Notes: generated from the letters alone by a model not told the origin. Positions 1 to 9,771 are shown, counted from the stretch's first letter. The stretch is DNA of 64,000 nucleotides from an uncultured delta proteobacterium (GCA_963803435.1 CAWDML010000009.1:832001-896000); one strand, 5' to 3'. Program-made: numbers and translations.

Positions 1-1
1 G

Positions 2-436
2 TTCAACCTGACCTCGCTGATCGGAAAGTTCCTCGATCCGCTCGCAGACAAGCTGATCGTGATGGGCGCGCTGGTGATGCTGCTCTACCTCGGTCGGGTC
101 AACGCCTGGATCGTCTTCGTCATCCTGGCGCGCGACATCATCATCAGCGGGCTGCGGACGATCGCGATGACCGAGGGGATGGTCATCGCCGCCCGCGAGT
201 TCGGCAAGCACAAGACCGCGTTTCAGATGGTCGGAATCTGGGCGCTCCTGATCCACTACCCGCACACGGTCGTCACGGACGAAGCGGTCGACTTCCACCG
301 GATCGGGACCTACTTCCTCTACATCTCGGTCTTCTTCTCGCTCCTCTCGGCGGGCGACTACTTCCGCTCGTTCTTCAAGACGGTGCTGGTCGCTCATTCT
401 CCATCGCCCGCGCCAGCGCCGCCTGGAGCTCGCTGA
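2..436 (+). CDS. pgsA: CDP-diacylglycerol--glycerol-3-phosphate 3-phosphatidyltransferase (5' truncated by window edge)
   Basis: Frame from base 2 reads FNLTSLIGKFLDPLADKLIV, the end of the CDP-alcohol phosphotransferase motif (GxxLDxxAD), then ARDIIISGLR and GKHKTAFQM; hydrophobic throughout. Confidence 0.9.
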   Translation, partial: FNLTSLIGKFLDPLADKLIVMGALVMLLYLGRVNAWIVFVILARDIIISGLRTIAMTEGMVIAAREFGKHKTAFQMVGIWALLIHYPHTVVTDEAVDFHRIGTYFLYISVFFSLLSAGDYFRSFFKTVLVAHSPSPAPAPPGAR

Positions 437-2183
437 GGTTGAGCGGCTTCGAGAGCAGCGTCGCGTCCAGGCGCATGGCACGCGCGCGGACGTCGTCGTC
501 GCTGAACGCGGTGATCAACACGACCGGGATGTTCCAGCCTCGCTGGCGCACACCCTCGAGCACCTGAAGCCCGGACACGCCCGGCATGCGAATGTCGCTG
601 ATGATCACGTCGGGCGGAGTGATGCGTTGCTCGAAGAGAAACGCCGAGCCGAGATGCTCCAGCACCGCGGTCCCGCTCGACACCGCGATCACCTCGTAGC
701 CCTCGGTCTCGAGGAGCTCGGCTAGCGACCAGCGGACGTCGTCGTCGTCCTCGGCGAGGAGCAGCCGCGGGCGTCGAGCGAGCGCTCTCAGGTTGGAGCT
801 CGGGCGCGGCCGCGGCTCCGAGGCCCCGCGGGGCAGCCAACCCTCCTCGCGATACTCGCGGAGCCGGTAGTGCACCTTCCGGACGGAGATGCCGAGCGCC
901 TCGGCGGTCGCGTTCGCGTTCCCACCCAGGCCCCGGTACGTGAGGAGGATGGCGGCGCGCTCCAGCTCGGCCAAGGTCATTCCCGGGACCTGGATGAGCG
1001 GGGTGTCGCCCGGCGCCCGGGAGGGCACCAGGCTCGAGGGGAGGTCGTCCTCGCTCAGGACGTCCTTGCTGGTCATCGCCGTGACGTGGCGGGCCAGGTT
1101 CTCCAGCTCGCGTACGTTGCCGGGCCAGCGATAGCCGAGCAGCTGGGACATCGCGCGAGGGGAGGTCGCCATGCTTCGTCCTTCCGACGCGAGGGCTCGC
1201 GCCACGAAGTGCTCCCAGAGCAGGCGGATGTCGTTCTTGCGCTCGCGCAGCGGGGGGAGGCCGATCGAGAGCACGTTGAGGCGGTAGAAGAGATCCGAGC
1301 GAAAGTTGCCCTCGGCGACGTCGCGCTCGAGATCACGATTGGTCGCTGCCACGATCCGGACGTCGACCTCGCGCCGCTCGGCGTCACCGACGCGCTCGAA
1401 GTATCGCTCTTGGAGTACGCGGAGAAACTTGCCCTGCATGGCGAAGGAGAGCTCGCCGACCTCATCGAGGAAGAGCGTCCCTCCCTGCGCCATCTCGAAC
1501 CGACCCGCGCGTGTCGTGACCGCACCGGTGAAGGCGCCCTTGACGTGGCCGAACAGCTCCGCTTCGAGGAGCGTCTCGGGGATCGCGGCGCAGCTCATCG
1601 CGATGAACGGGGCGTTCCTGCGCGGGGAGAGCCGATGAAGCATGCGCCCCACCAGCTCCTTGCCGGTCCCGGTCTCGCCGGTCAGCAAGATCGACGCGCT
1701 CGACGGTGCGGCCAGCGCGATCTGCCGGCGCACCTCTTGCATCGAGTAGCTCTCGCCGATGAGGTCGAGGGCCTCGGTGTCGCCGGCGCTGATGCGATGA
1801 GAGAGCCTGGCGGCCTCCCGATCGATCACGCGGTGGACCTCGACGAGGTCAGCGGTGCGCTGGGCCATGGCCGTGGCGTTGGCCTTCATCGCCAGATCGA
1901 TTGCGTCTTTGGTGTACGCCTCCACCATCAGGATGAAGGTCGCAGCGGGCGCAGCCGAGCGAAGCCGGTGGAGGAAGCCGGGCCCGGTCGCGCGGAGCAT
2001 CTCGCCGTCGACGAGGACGATCTCCGGGCGCTCGGAGTGCACGCGTGACACGGCGTCGTCGCGTGCGACGGCGTGCACGCGCCGCCGGAGGGAGAGGCGA
2101 TCCGCCAGGGCGTCGTCCTCCGGCGTCTTGCGGCAGACATAGACGATGTCGCGGGGGGCGGGCACCGTAGTCGAGTTATTCAC
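375..2183 (-). CDS. sigma54-dependent enhancer-binding protein: degenerate N-terminal receiver, AAA+, HTH, extra C-terminal receiver
   Basis: Walker A GETGTGKE, ELFGHVKGAFTGA, FLDEVGE, FRSDLFYRLNV, WPGNVRELEN, Fis-type HTH (TAEALGISVRKVHYRL), then LLLAEDDDD...SDIRMP...ITA...KP receiver. Confidence 0.92.
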   Translation of the reverse strand: MNNSTTVPAPRDIVYVCRKTPEDDALADRLSLRRRVHAVARDDAVSRVHSERPEIVLVDGEMLRATGPGFLHRLRSAAPAATFILMVEAYTKDAIDLAMKANATAMAQRTADLVEVHRVIDREAARLSHRISAGDTEALDLIGESYSMQEVRRQIALAAPSSASILLTGETGTGKELVGRMLHRLSPRRNAPFIAMSCAAIPETLLEAELFGHVKGAFTGAVTTRAGRFEMAQGGTLFLDEVGELSFAMQGKFLRVLQERYFERVGDAERREVDVRIVAATNRDLERDVAEGNFRSDLFYRLNVLSIGLPPLRERKNDIRLLWEHFVARALASEGRSMATSPRAMSQLLGYRWPGNVRELENLARHVTAMTSKDVLSEDDLPSSLVPSRAPGDTPLIQVPGMTLAELERAAILLTYRGLGGNANATAEALGISVRKVHYRLREYREEGWLPRGASEPRPRPSSNLRALARRPRLLLAEDDDDVRWSLAELLETEGYEVIAVSSGTAVLEHLGSAFLFEQRITPPDVIISDIRMPGVSGLQVLEGVRQRGWNIPVVLITAFSDDDVRARAMRLDATLLSKPLNLSELQAALARAMENERPAPS

Positions 2184-2980
2184 CGAGCCGGTGAGCTGTC
2201 CACCCTCGTGATGTATGCGAGGACGGCCCCTTCGTCCGGGCGCCCGTGGACGATCGCCGGTGCGCCCGATGTCTTTCCACGGACGACATCGCCCAGCGCT
2301 GCGTGCGTCAGTCCGTCAGGATCGGCGTCCTCCATCCACGGGAACGCGACGTCACCGACACACATGTCGTTCAGACCCTGGAGACTACTGGCCAGCAGCC
2401 GATCCAGGAGCAACTCCGTCGTGACCACACCCCAGGCCTCGACCTCGCCGTCCTCGGACCGCCGGACCACCACGAGCTCGGCGCGATCCTCGTCCCTCAG
2501 ACAACGCACGGCCTCGATGAGGGGTGCGTCCTCCCAGATTGCGGCCAGCGCACGCCGTGCATCACGGGTCTTGGTCCGCTCGCGATCCACGACGTCCGCG
2601 ACCACGCGCTCCAGTGTGGCAAGATCGAGCGGTTTGTCGAAAAACGCCGTGGCACCCACGCGCTCCGCCCGCTTCTTGCTCTCATCGTCGCCAAAGGCCG
2701 TGATGATGATGAAGGGTGTGAGCCAACCGGCGAAGCGGAGGCCCTCCAGGATGCTGAGGCCGTTGAAGCCCGGCATGCGGACGTCCGACACGACGAGGTC
2801 CGGCGGCGGGGAGGTCCGATCGAGCAGAAGTGAGGACGCGAGCGCATCCAACAGGGCGGCGCCATCGCGCAAAGGGATCACTTGATAGCCTTGCGTGCGA
2901 AGGAGCTCGACCAAGCCGAATCGGATATCGTCGTCGTCTTCGGCGACGAGCACTCGACCGCGAGGCTGGGTGGCGTTCAT
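2180..2980 (-). CDS. response regulator (receiver plus small CBS-like C-terminal region)
   Basis: VLVAEDDDD...SDVRMP...ITAF...DKP receiver. Start chosen at ATG 2980 because a sigma54 element lies just upstream; GTGA overlap with the downstream EBP gene. Confidence 0.82.
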   Translation of the reverse strand: MNATQPRGRVLVAEDDDDIRFGLVELLRTQGYQVIPLRDGAALLDALASSLLLDRTSPPPDLVVSDVRMPGFNGLSILEGLRFAGWLTPFIIITAFGDDESKKRAERVGATAFFDKPLDLATLERVVADVVDRERTKTRDARRALAAIWEDAPLIEAVRCLRDEDRAELVVVRRSEDGEVEAWGVVTTELLLDRLLASSLQGLNDMCVGDVAFPWMEDADPDGLTHAALGDVVRGKTSGAPAIVHGRPDEGAVLAYITRVDSSPAR

Positions 2981-2993
2981 TGGGCCGCTGTGG

Positions 2994-3009
2994 TGCAACT
3001 GCCGTTCCC
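2994..3009 (-). promoter_or_regulatory. sigma54 -24/-12 promoter for the response regulator-EBP operon
   Basis: Minus strand GGGAACGGCAGTTGCA, GG-N10-GC with TTGC; ATG 15 nt after the -12 C. Confidence 0.7.
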
Positions 3010-3052
3010 GCAGCTGGCCTCGGACAAGGTCTGCAAGACGGAAGGAGTCATC

Positions 3053-3065
3053 TGCACGTTTTGCA
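3053..3065. promoter_or_regulatory. candidate enhancer (UAS) between divergent sigma54 promoters
   Basis: TGCACGTTTTGCA (TGCA-N5-TGCA dyad), reminiscent of NtrC-family sites, between two sigma54 elements. Confidence 0.35.
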
Positions 3066-3138
3066 AACGACCTTTCAGGGGGCGTGTCTTCACTGCAGGG
3101 GCTGCAGGCGCGGGGGAGCGACCGGATGTCGCACGGTG

Positions 3139-3154
3139 CGGAGCGCTTCATGCA
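3139..3154 (+). promoter_or_regulatory. sigma54 -24/-12 promoter for the hybrid kinase
   Basis: CGGAGCGCTTCATGCA, GG-N10-GC; in-frame GTG at 3167 is 14 nt after the -12 C. Confidence 0.55.
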
Positions 3155-3166
3155 CGCGGCGGAAGC

Positions 3167-5665
3167 GTGTCGGTGCTCGAGCGGCTGGGCGGCCAGCAGT
3201 ACCTGCCATTGGGAGAGTGCTACTTCTGGGACCCGGCGATCCTATGGCTCCAGGCGGCATCGGATGTGTTGATCGCGCTGGCGTTTCTGGCGGTCTCGAT
3301 CAGCATCCTGCTCCTCGTTCGCCGGGGAAAAGGCGACGTGCCCTACCGGTGGATGTTCGTCCTGTTCGCGCTCTTCATCGCCGCCTGCGCCGTCACCCGG
3401 TTCATCGAGGCCTGGAGCCTCTGGGAGCCGACCCATTGGATGCCCGGCATCTTCAAGGCGATGGCGGCCGTCGCGGCGATCGGGACCGTCGTGGCCCTTC
3501 CTCCGCTCCTTCCGTCCGTGTTGAGAACGCTTCGGTCCGCGCGCGTCTCGGAGCGGCGCCGCGGAGAGCTCGAAGCTGCGCACCACGATCTCCAGGCGTT
3601 GTTCGAGCGTCTGAAGGAGAGCGAGCGGGCGCGCACCGAGGTCTTCGCGAATGTCTCGCACGAGCTCCGGACACCGCTCAGCCTGATCCTCGGGCCGGCG
3701 CAGGCGATCCTGGCGGATCCGAGCCTGCCGTACGAGTGGCGTCGATCGCTGCGCACCGTGGTCCGCAACGCGCGACTGCTCGAGAAGCACGTGAGCGATC
3801 TGCTGCTCGTCGCCAAGGGCGAGACCGGAGAGGTCGAGCTCACGCCGAGCTATGCAGCGATCGATCTCGCGGAGCTGGTGCGCCGTGCCGCTGCCAACTT
3901 CGACGCGCTCGCGATTCAGAGAAGCATGGTCTTCGAGGTCGATGCTTCGGCCGAAGTGATCGGCGAGGTCGATTCGGACGCCATCGAGCGGGTCGTCATC
4001 AACCTCCTGTCGAACGCGTTCAAGTTCACGCCCGACGGAGGCGTCATCCGCTGCTCGCTGGCCCACGCAGACGGGGATTGGGTCAGGATCTCGGTCGCCG
4101 ACAGCGGGCCCGGGATCCCGGAGGCCATGCGCGACGCCATCTTCGAGCGGTTTCGCCAGGTCGACTCGAGCTCCACCCGCTCCCACGGCGGCTTCGGGCT
4201 CGGGCTCGCCATCGTGCGTGCCTTCGTGGAGATGCACGGCGGCTCGATCCGCGTGGGCTCGGCGGAGGTGGGTGGCGCGCTCTTCGTGGTCGAGCTCCCG
4301 TTGTTTGCGCCGCCTGGCCACGCGGTCGCGCGCACGCGGGCGATCCATCCGATCGACGAGGAGATCGTGACGGCGGACCTGAAGATCGATCTGGAGGAGG
4401 TGCTGTCTTCGACCGAGCGGACCTCGGAGACTGCGACGATCCTGGTGGTCGAAGACAACCACGACATGAATCGCTTCATCACGTCGACACTCGAACCCGA
4501 GTATCGGACCATCGCAGCCTATGACGGGCGCTCCGGATTCGTCCGCGCGGCCGCCGATCTCCCCGATCTGATCGTGACGGATGTGATGATGCCCGGCATG
4601 AGCGGGCAGGATCTGCTCGCGCGCCTTCGTTGCGAAGAATCGCTGGCGTTGATCCCGGTCCTGGTCGTCTCGGCGCGCGACGACGCAGAGCTTCGCACGC
4701 AGATGCTTCACGACGGCGCCCAGGACTACCTGATCAAGCCGTTCGTCGCGGAGGAGCTCCGCGTCCGCGTTAGGAACCTGGTCACCGCCAAGCGCGCGCG
4801 CGATCTGCTCAGCCGCGAGGTGTCGAGCCAGCGCCAGGACCTCGAGTCGCTGGCGCGCAGTGTGGCGATCCACCGAGGCGATCTGGAGGCGGCCCTGGAG
4901 GCCACGCAGATCGCTCGCAAGATGGCGGAGCAGGCCAGCGGCATGAAGAGCAACCTCCTGCGCATGATGTCGCACGAGCTGCGGACCCCGGTGACCGCCG
5001 TGCAGCTGCAGCTCGCGCTGCTCGAGCGGAACACGGCGGAGATGACTGAGGAGCAGAGAGGGGCTCTGGCTCGGGTTCACCGGGCGTTGCGGCGGTTGCT
5101 CGATCTGATCGAGACGGCGCTCGAGTATGCGCGGATCGAGAGTGGACGGTTCGAGATCCGTCGCTCGGAGTTCTCGCTGGTCGAGATGATCGAGGAGGTC
5201 ATCGCAGAGTTTCAGCCCCACGCCGAGATGAAGGATATTCAGCTGTCGGTGTCGATGGCCGAGCCAGTGCCGCCGCTCGACACCGACCGGCGGCTGCTCC
5301 GCCTGATTGCGGTGAATTTGATCGGCAACGCGGTGAAGTTCACCCAGCAGGGTGGGGTGGAGGTCAGGCTGAAGCACGATGGCCGGCGCCACCTGTTGGT
5401 GGTGGAGGACAGCGGTCCCGGCATCCCGCCGGAGCTTCACGACGAGGTCTTCGAGCCGTTCAAGCAGGTCGGAGACATTCGCTGGCGAGAGGGCGCAGGC
5501 TCGGGCCTGGGACTGGCCTTGGTGAAGGACATGGTCCACGCGCTCGGCGGCAGCATTCGACTCGACTCGCGCGGCGAGGGCAGCGGGTCGGTCTTCACGG
5601 TCTACATTCCGCCGGCAGAAATTGTTGCCGAAGAAAGGTCCGCTTCCCAGGCGCTGCCGCAATGA
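3167..5665 (+). CDS. hybrid sensor histidine kinase: ethylene-receptor-like 3-TM input, HisKA-HATPase, receiver, second HisKA-HATPase
   Basis: SDVLIALAF / FIAACAVTRF TM segments; two SHELRTP H-boxes; N boxes NAFKFT and NAVKFT; G boxes DSGPGI and GLGLA twice; central LVVEDN...TDVMMP...KPF. The track start at 2882 overlaps the divergent gene, so GTG 3167 is preferred. Confidence 0.9.
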   Translation: MSVLERLGGQQYLPLGECYFWDPAILWLQAASDVLIALAFLAVSISILLLVRRGKGDVPYRWMFVLFALFIAACAVTRFIEAWSLWEPTHWMPGIFKAMAAVAAIGTVVALPPLLPSVLRTLRSARVSERRRGELEAAHHDLQALFERLKESERARTEVFANVSHELRTPLSLILGPAQAILADPSLPYEWRRSLRTVVRNARLLEKHVSDLLLVAKGETGEVELTPSYAAIDLAELVRRAAANFDALAIQRSMVFEVDASAEVIGEVDSDAIERVVINLLSNAFKFTPDGGVIRCSLAHADGDWVRISVADSGPGIPEAMRDAIFERFRQVDSSSTRSHGGFGLGLAIVRAFVEMHGGSIRVGSAEVGGALFVVELPLFAPPGHAVARTRAIHPIDEEIVTADLKIDLEEVLSSTERTSETATILVVEDNHDMNRFITSTLEPEYRTIAAYDGRSGFVRAAADLPDLIVTDVMMPGMSGQDLLARLRCEESLALIPVLVVSARDDAELRTQMLHDGAQDYLIKPFVAEELRVRVRNLVTAKRARDLLSREVSSQRQDLESLARSVAIHRGDLEAALEATQIARKMAEQASGMKSNLLRMMSHELRTPVTAVQLQLALLERNTAEMTEEQRGALARVHRALRRLLDLIETALEYARIESGRFEIRRSEFSLVEMIEEVIAEFQPHAEMKDIQLSVSMAEPVPPLDTDRRLLRLIAVNLIGNAVKFTQQGGVEVRLKHDGRRHLLVVEDSGPGIPPELHDEVFEPFKQVGDIRWREGAGSGLGLALVKDMVHALGGSIRLDSRGEGSGSVFTVYIPPAEIVAEERSASQALPQ

Positions 5666-5703
5666 TTGCAAGCGCTGGACGGCAGGGCGCGCGCACCCTG
5701 CCG

Positions 5704-5719
5704 TGGCACGCGCGATGCA
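5704..5719 (+). promoter_or_regulatory. sigma54 -24/-12 promoter
   Basis: TGGCACGCGCGATGCA, near consensus TGGCAC-N5-TTGCA; ATG 5732 is 14 nt after the -12 C. Confidence 0.7.
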
Positions 5720-5731
5720 GTTCGAGACTGC

Positions 5732-6169
5732 ATGCACCAGCCGGAGCTCGAGCCCGACGACGTTCTCGCCCCGAACCCGATCGGAGACGCGGACCTGCTC
5801 GAGTCGATCCTCGATTCATGGGACGCCGATGGATCGGCCAAGGCTTCCGAGTTCTGGTCGTGGCAAGTTCTCGAGAGTCTCTCTCACCTCTTCGGTGCGG
5901 TCATGGCTTCGCTGTCCGCCGGGGGCTCGGATGGCGCCCGCCATGACCTCTCCGGCGCGGATCTCGGCGAGTATCGAATGCGGACGAAATCGCTGCTCGT
6001 CGAGATCCGCGATCTGCTCGATCAACTGTGGTGGGCCGACTGGCCGTCGATCTCGACGCCGCTCGATCGCGAGATCCGCGAGGTCGTAGCCCACGTGCGC
6101 GAGAACGAGCAGCTGCTCAAGCCTCCAGGGCGGCGATGGCGCTCTCGAGCGCTCGGATTTCTCGAGTGA
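5732..6169 (+). CDS. hypothetical acidic helical protein
   Basis: In-frame ATG directly behind a sigma54 element; non-shadow amino-acid composition; no recognisable motif. Confidence 0.55.
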   Translation: MHQPELEPDDVLAPNPIGDADLLESILDSWDADGSAKASEFWSWQVLESLSHLFGAVMASLSAGGSDGARHDLSGADLGEYRMRTKSLLVEIRDLLDQLWWADWPSISTPLDREIREVVAHVRENEQLLKPPGRRWRSRALGFLE

Positions 6170-6692
6170 TCCGGTCCCGCTCCTTCTTGGCATCCTCGAG
6201 GTAGGCCCTCAGAGGCCCGCCCACCGCTTCCACGATCTCGGCGATCCGCGTGGGCGCCAAGATCGGCACATCGGTCGTCCGCCAGTGCGCGGCGACCAGC
6301 CTCGAGTGGGTCAACATGCCCGTCCGCTCGAGGATCGAGGACATGTGGAACTTGACGGTCCGGCGCGTGATTCCGAGCCGCCGCGCGATCGTCGGGCCGG
6401 ACGCGCCGCCGACGAGGAGGTCGTAGACTTCACCTTGGCGCTCGCCCATCAGCATGCCCCGCAGGCCCTTCAGCTTTTTCGGCGCGTTGATCGCCCGTCC
6501 ATGCGCGGCGATGAGGCCGACGCGATTGTGTTGCCGAGTGGCCTCGAGGATGCCGGAGATTCGATACTTCACGGTCCGGGGCGCGAGGTTGAGTGTTCTC
6601 GAAATCTCTTCGTTGGACAGGCCCTGAACCACCAAATCGTAGACCTCGACGTGTGTGGGAGAACGAAGCTTGGCGCGCGGCGATCCGGACAC
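6117..6692 (-). CDS. LuxR-family regulator with two tandem HTH domains
   Basis: Two repeats: VYDLVVQGLSNEEISRTLNLAPRTVKYRISGIL and VYDLLVGGASGPTIARRLGITRRTVKFHMSSIL, then a C-terminal coiled coil. Confidence 0.82.
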   Translation of the reverse strand: MSGSPRAKLRSPTHVEVYDLVVQGLSNEEISRTLNLAPRTVKYRISGILEATRQHNRVGLIAAHGRAINAPKKLKGLRGMLMGERQGEVYDLLVGGASGPTIARRLGITRRTVKFHMSSILERTGMLTHSRLVAAHWRTTDVPILAPTRIAEIVEAVGGPLRAYLEDAKKERDRITREIRALESAIAALEA

Positions 6693-7530
6693 GTCGGTAT
6701 CCTACTCCGCTCCGACGCTGAAGAGCGGTCTGAAAAAAACGCACGGTCGGCGTAGGACGCTCTGACCCAAAGGCCGACATCGTATACTCAGTAGAATACG
6801 CGGGTCGGAGCGCGCGTGCGGCGCGCCGTGGATCCGTCGTCCGGGAAGCGGGCGTCGACCTCCTCGGACGAGGTGGACCTCCGCGACGCGCGCGCGGAGT
6901 GGATGGACAGCACGACGATGGCCGTCGGCCGCGGGGTGGTCACCCGGGTTTCGATCTTCGGTTCGACCGGCTCCGGCGGGACGTGGGCCTCGGCGGCGCG
7001 GGCCACAGGAGCGGGACGGGCGGTGGCCGCCAGGGCAGGCAGGCGCTCGACCTGAACTGCGGGGTCGTCACCGCCGCCGAGCCCGCGCCGTGCGAGCGGC
7101 GCGGCGACCGGACGGACCCTCCAGCGGCGGTGGCCCACGACGTGCTTCGCTTCGTGAACGTTCGGATTACATCTGAGACATCGTGTGCAGCATCGAGGCG
7201 ATGGGCTGATCTCGGGGCGGATCGCTACATGGAACTCGGCGATTTCTCCCCCAAGCATGGGAGGCCGGCCGCCGCTGCGCCGCCTCGGATCGCGCGGGTG
7301 CGGGGGACGGTTCGATGGTCTCTGCGCGTCGGGAGCAGCCTACGTTCATCGAAGCCATCTCGAAGCGGAGCTGGCCATGGGGTCAGTGACTCCTACGCCA
7401 AAATTCCCAGTCCGTGATCCCAGGAGGTGCGTGAAGGAACATCGAGGCGTTCTGGACGGCGTGGGCTTGCGTTCGTCTCTTCTTGATCTCGCTCTTCCTG
7501 TTTGCGACTTACGCCCTCGACTCAAGGGGG

Positions 7531-9480
7531 ATGATTTTGGATCACAAAGGGCCCGAGCCACGAGAAGGGACGACCGTCGCGTCCGTACGTCCCGACAATC
7601 GGAGAGAACGCGATCACGATCTCCTGCTGCGCGAGCTCGATGCACGCGACGAAGAGCTCGAGGTTCAGCGCCGACAGCTCCGCGCGATCCTGGACTGCGT
7701 CTCGGATGCAGTGCTGATGGTCCGCGCCGGTAAGACGATCACCGCCGTCAATCGGAGCGCGGTCTCGATGTTCGGCCGTCCGGCCGATGAGCTCGTGGGA
7801 CTGGAGATCCGTGCCCTGCTCCCCGAGATCGACGTGCTCGGAGCAGCTCCTTCCCGACTGCGGGGCGTGGGGTGCGACCGCGAGAGGTTTCCGGTGGAGG
7901 TCCGCTCCGAGCGGTTCGACCTGGCGACGGCGCAGGATCGGATCGTCGTGGTCCGCGATCTGACAGAAGGGAGTCGCGTCGAGCGCCGACTCGAAGAGGC
8001 GCTCGAGCGGTTCAGGCAGATCACCGAGCAGGTCGACGACCTGTTCTTCATCGTTGAGCCCGCGACGTGGCGCCCCGTCTACCTGAGCCCGGCGTTCGAA
8101 CCTATCTGCGGTCGCGATCCGGCGGTGGCGCTCGAGCACCCCGAGGGCTGCATCGACCTGATTCACCCGCAAGACCGAGACCGCTGCCTCGACGCGCTCG
8201 AGACGTTCCGGCGCGGCGACCCCCTCGACCTGGAGTTCCGGATCGTCCGCTCCGACGGCGAGGTCCGTACGCTCCGGGCGCGCGCCCACCACGTCGCCGG
8301 CGAAGAGCGGGTCGCCGGAGTCGCGACGGACGTCACCCAGGAGCGCGCGCTCGAGCAGGATCTCCAGCAGTCGCAGCGGCTCGAGGCGATCGGCAACCTG
8401 GCCAGCGGGATCGCGCACGACTTCAACAACCTGCTCATGGGCGTGGTGGGCTTCGCGAGCATCGCGCTCCAGCGGCTGGATCCAAGCCACGGCGCCTATC
8501 CCATGGTCCGGCGGGTCGTGGAGGTGACCTCCCGCGGCAAGACGCTGACACGCCAGCTCCTCGACTTCAGCCGGAAGCGCCAACCCGAGCGAGTGTCGCT
8601 CGACATCGACGCCGTCGTCGATGCCTGCGCCCCATTGCTCGAGACGCTGGTGGGCGAGCACATCGAGGTGCTCGTCCAGACGGAAGCGCTCGGGTGTCGA
8701 GTGAAGGCCGACGTCGGCGAGATCGAGCAGATCCTGATGAACCTCGCGGCCAACTCGCGCGACTCGATGCCGGGCGGCGGAACGCTCGAGATCAGAACCA
8801 AGGAGATCGTCATCCGACCTGATGATCCATCGGGGCTCACCAAGGGCCGCTACGCGGAGCTGGTGGTTCGGGACACAGGATCCGGCATGGACGGAGCGAC
8901 AGCCAGCCGGCTCTTCGAGCCCTTCTTCACCACGAAGGCGATCGGCCGTGGAACCGGGCTCGGCCTCTTCAACGTACGCACGCTCGTCAAACGGATGGGC
9001 GGTGCCATCCGCGTCGCGAGTCGGCTCGGCGTAGGAACCACCTTCACGATCCTGATCCCAGCCGTACCCGAGACAGGCGACCTCGAGCTGCCCGCCGACA
9101 TGGTCGGCCCGAAGGAGGGGACCATCCTGGCGGTGGAGGACGACCCCCTCGTCCGCACCACCGTCGCACACTACCTCGAGAACCTCGGCTTTCGAGTCCT
9201 GGTGGCCGCCGGCCCTCGAGAGGCGGTGCGCCTGGCACAGGAATACGGCGCTTCGATCGACGTGCTCCTCACCGACATCATGATGCCGCAGCAGCTCGGC
9301 TCGGATCTGGCGCGCACCATCCAGAACGAGCACCCTCACGTGCGGGTGGCCTACATGTCCGCGCACGAACGCGAAGAGCTCCTCGAAGCGGGACGGATCG
9401 AGCCGGGCGCTCCCCTGCTGCAGAAGCCGTTCGACCAGCGCTCCCTCGCGATGCTGATGCACCGCCTGATGAAGGATTGA
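7531..9480 (+). CDS. PAS-PAS hybrid histidine kinase with C-terminal receiver
   Basis: PAS motifs (NRSAVSMFG; IHPQD...FRIVRSDG), IAHDFNNLL H-box, FEPFFTTK, GTGLGL, ILAVEDD...TDIMMP...KPF. ATG preceded by AAGGGGG. Confidence 0.92.
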   Translation: MILDHKGPEPREGTTVASVRPDNRRERDHDLLLRELDARDEELEVQRRQLRAILDCVSDAVLMVRAGKTITAVNRSAVSMFGRPADELVGLEIRALLPEIDVLGAAPSRLRGVGCDRERFPVEVRSERFDLATAQDRIVVVRDLTEGSRVERRLEEALERFRQITEQVDDLFFIVEPATWRPVYLSPAFEPICGRDPAVALEHPEGCIDLIHPQDRDRCLDALETFRRGDPLDLEFRIVRSDGEVRTLRARAHHVAGEERVAGVATDVTQERALEQDLQQSQRLEAIGNLASGIAHDFNNLLMGVVGFASIALQRLDPSHGAYPMVRRVVEVTSRGKTLTRQLLDFSRKRQPERVSLDIDAVVDACAPLLETLVGEHIEVLVQTEALGCRVKADVGEIEQILMNLAANSRDSMPGGGTLEIRTKEIVIRPDDPSGLTKGRYAELVVRDTGSGMDGATASRLFEPFFTTKAIGRGTGLGLFNVRTLVKRMGGAIRVASRLGVGTTFTILIPAVPETGDLELPADMVGPKEGTILAVEDDPLVRTTVAHYLENLGFRVLVAAGPREAVRLAQEYGASIDVLLTDIMMPQQLGSDLARTIQNEHPHVRVAYMSAHEREELLEAGRIEPGAPLLQKPFDQRSLAMLMHRLMKD

Positions 9481-9503
9481 GGGCCGGACCCGCCACATCG
9501 GTG

Positions 9504-9532
9504 TTGACTAGGCGAAAGGGAGGTGCTAACTG
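9504..9532 (+). promoter_or_regulatory. sigma70 promoter of tRNA-Gly
   Basis: TTGACT-17 nt-TAACTG with extended -10 TG, just upstream of the tRNA. Confidence 0.6.
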
Positions 9533-9550
9533 GCCGAGAACATTGGCTAT

Positions 9551-9622
<72 letters not shown>

Positions 9623-9700
9623 CTCTCCCCCGTCGCCGGAGGCAGGCGATCAACCGGTTCACACCCGCCCCGCCCATCTAGGCTGCGAGTCTTCCTGGTT

Positions 9701-9722
9701 GGGGCGGCTGAAGCGCCGCCCC
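9701..9722. terminator. GC-rich hairpin downstream of tRNA (possible terminator)
   Basis: GGGGCGGC-tgaagc-GCCGCCCC perfect 8-bp stem; no U-tract. Confidence 0.35.
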
Positions 9723-9771
9723 GAGGCATGCGGAGCTCGTCCAGTCGGGGCCGGGACCCATGACTGGGATC

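Noticed and set aside
6788-7258. Possible small minus-strand protein between the LuxR gene and the PAS kinase
   Set aside because: Low-complexity Pro/Ala/Arg sequence with no convincing start or motif; cannot be supported.
7422-7530. AGGAGG followed by GTG at 7431, a possible upstream start or leader peptide for the PAS kinase
   Set aside because: GTG is out of frame with the kinase and too close to the SD; it would need another indel, so it is left unresolved.
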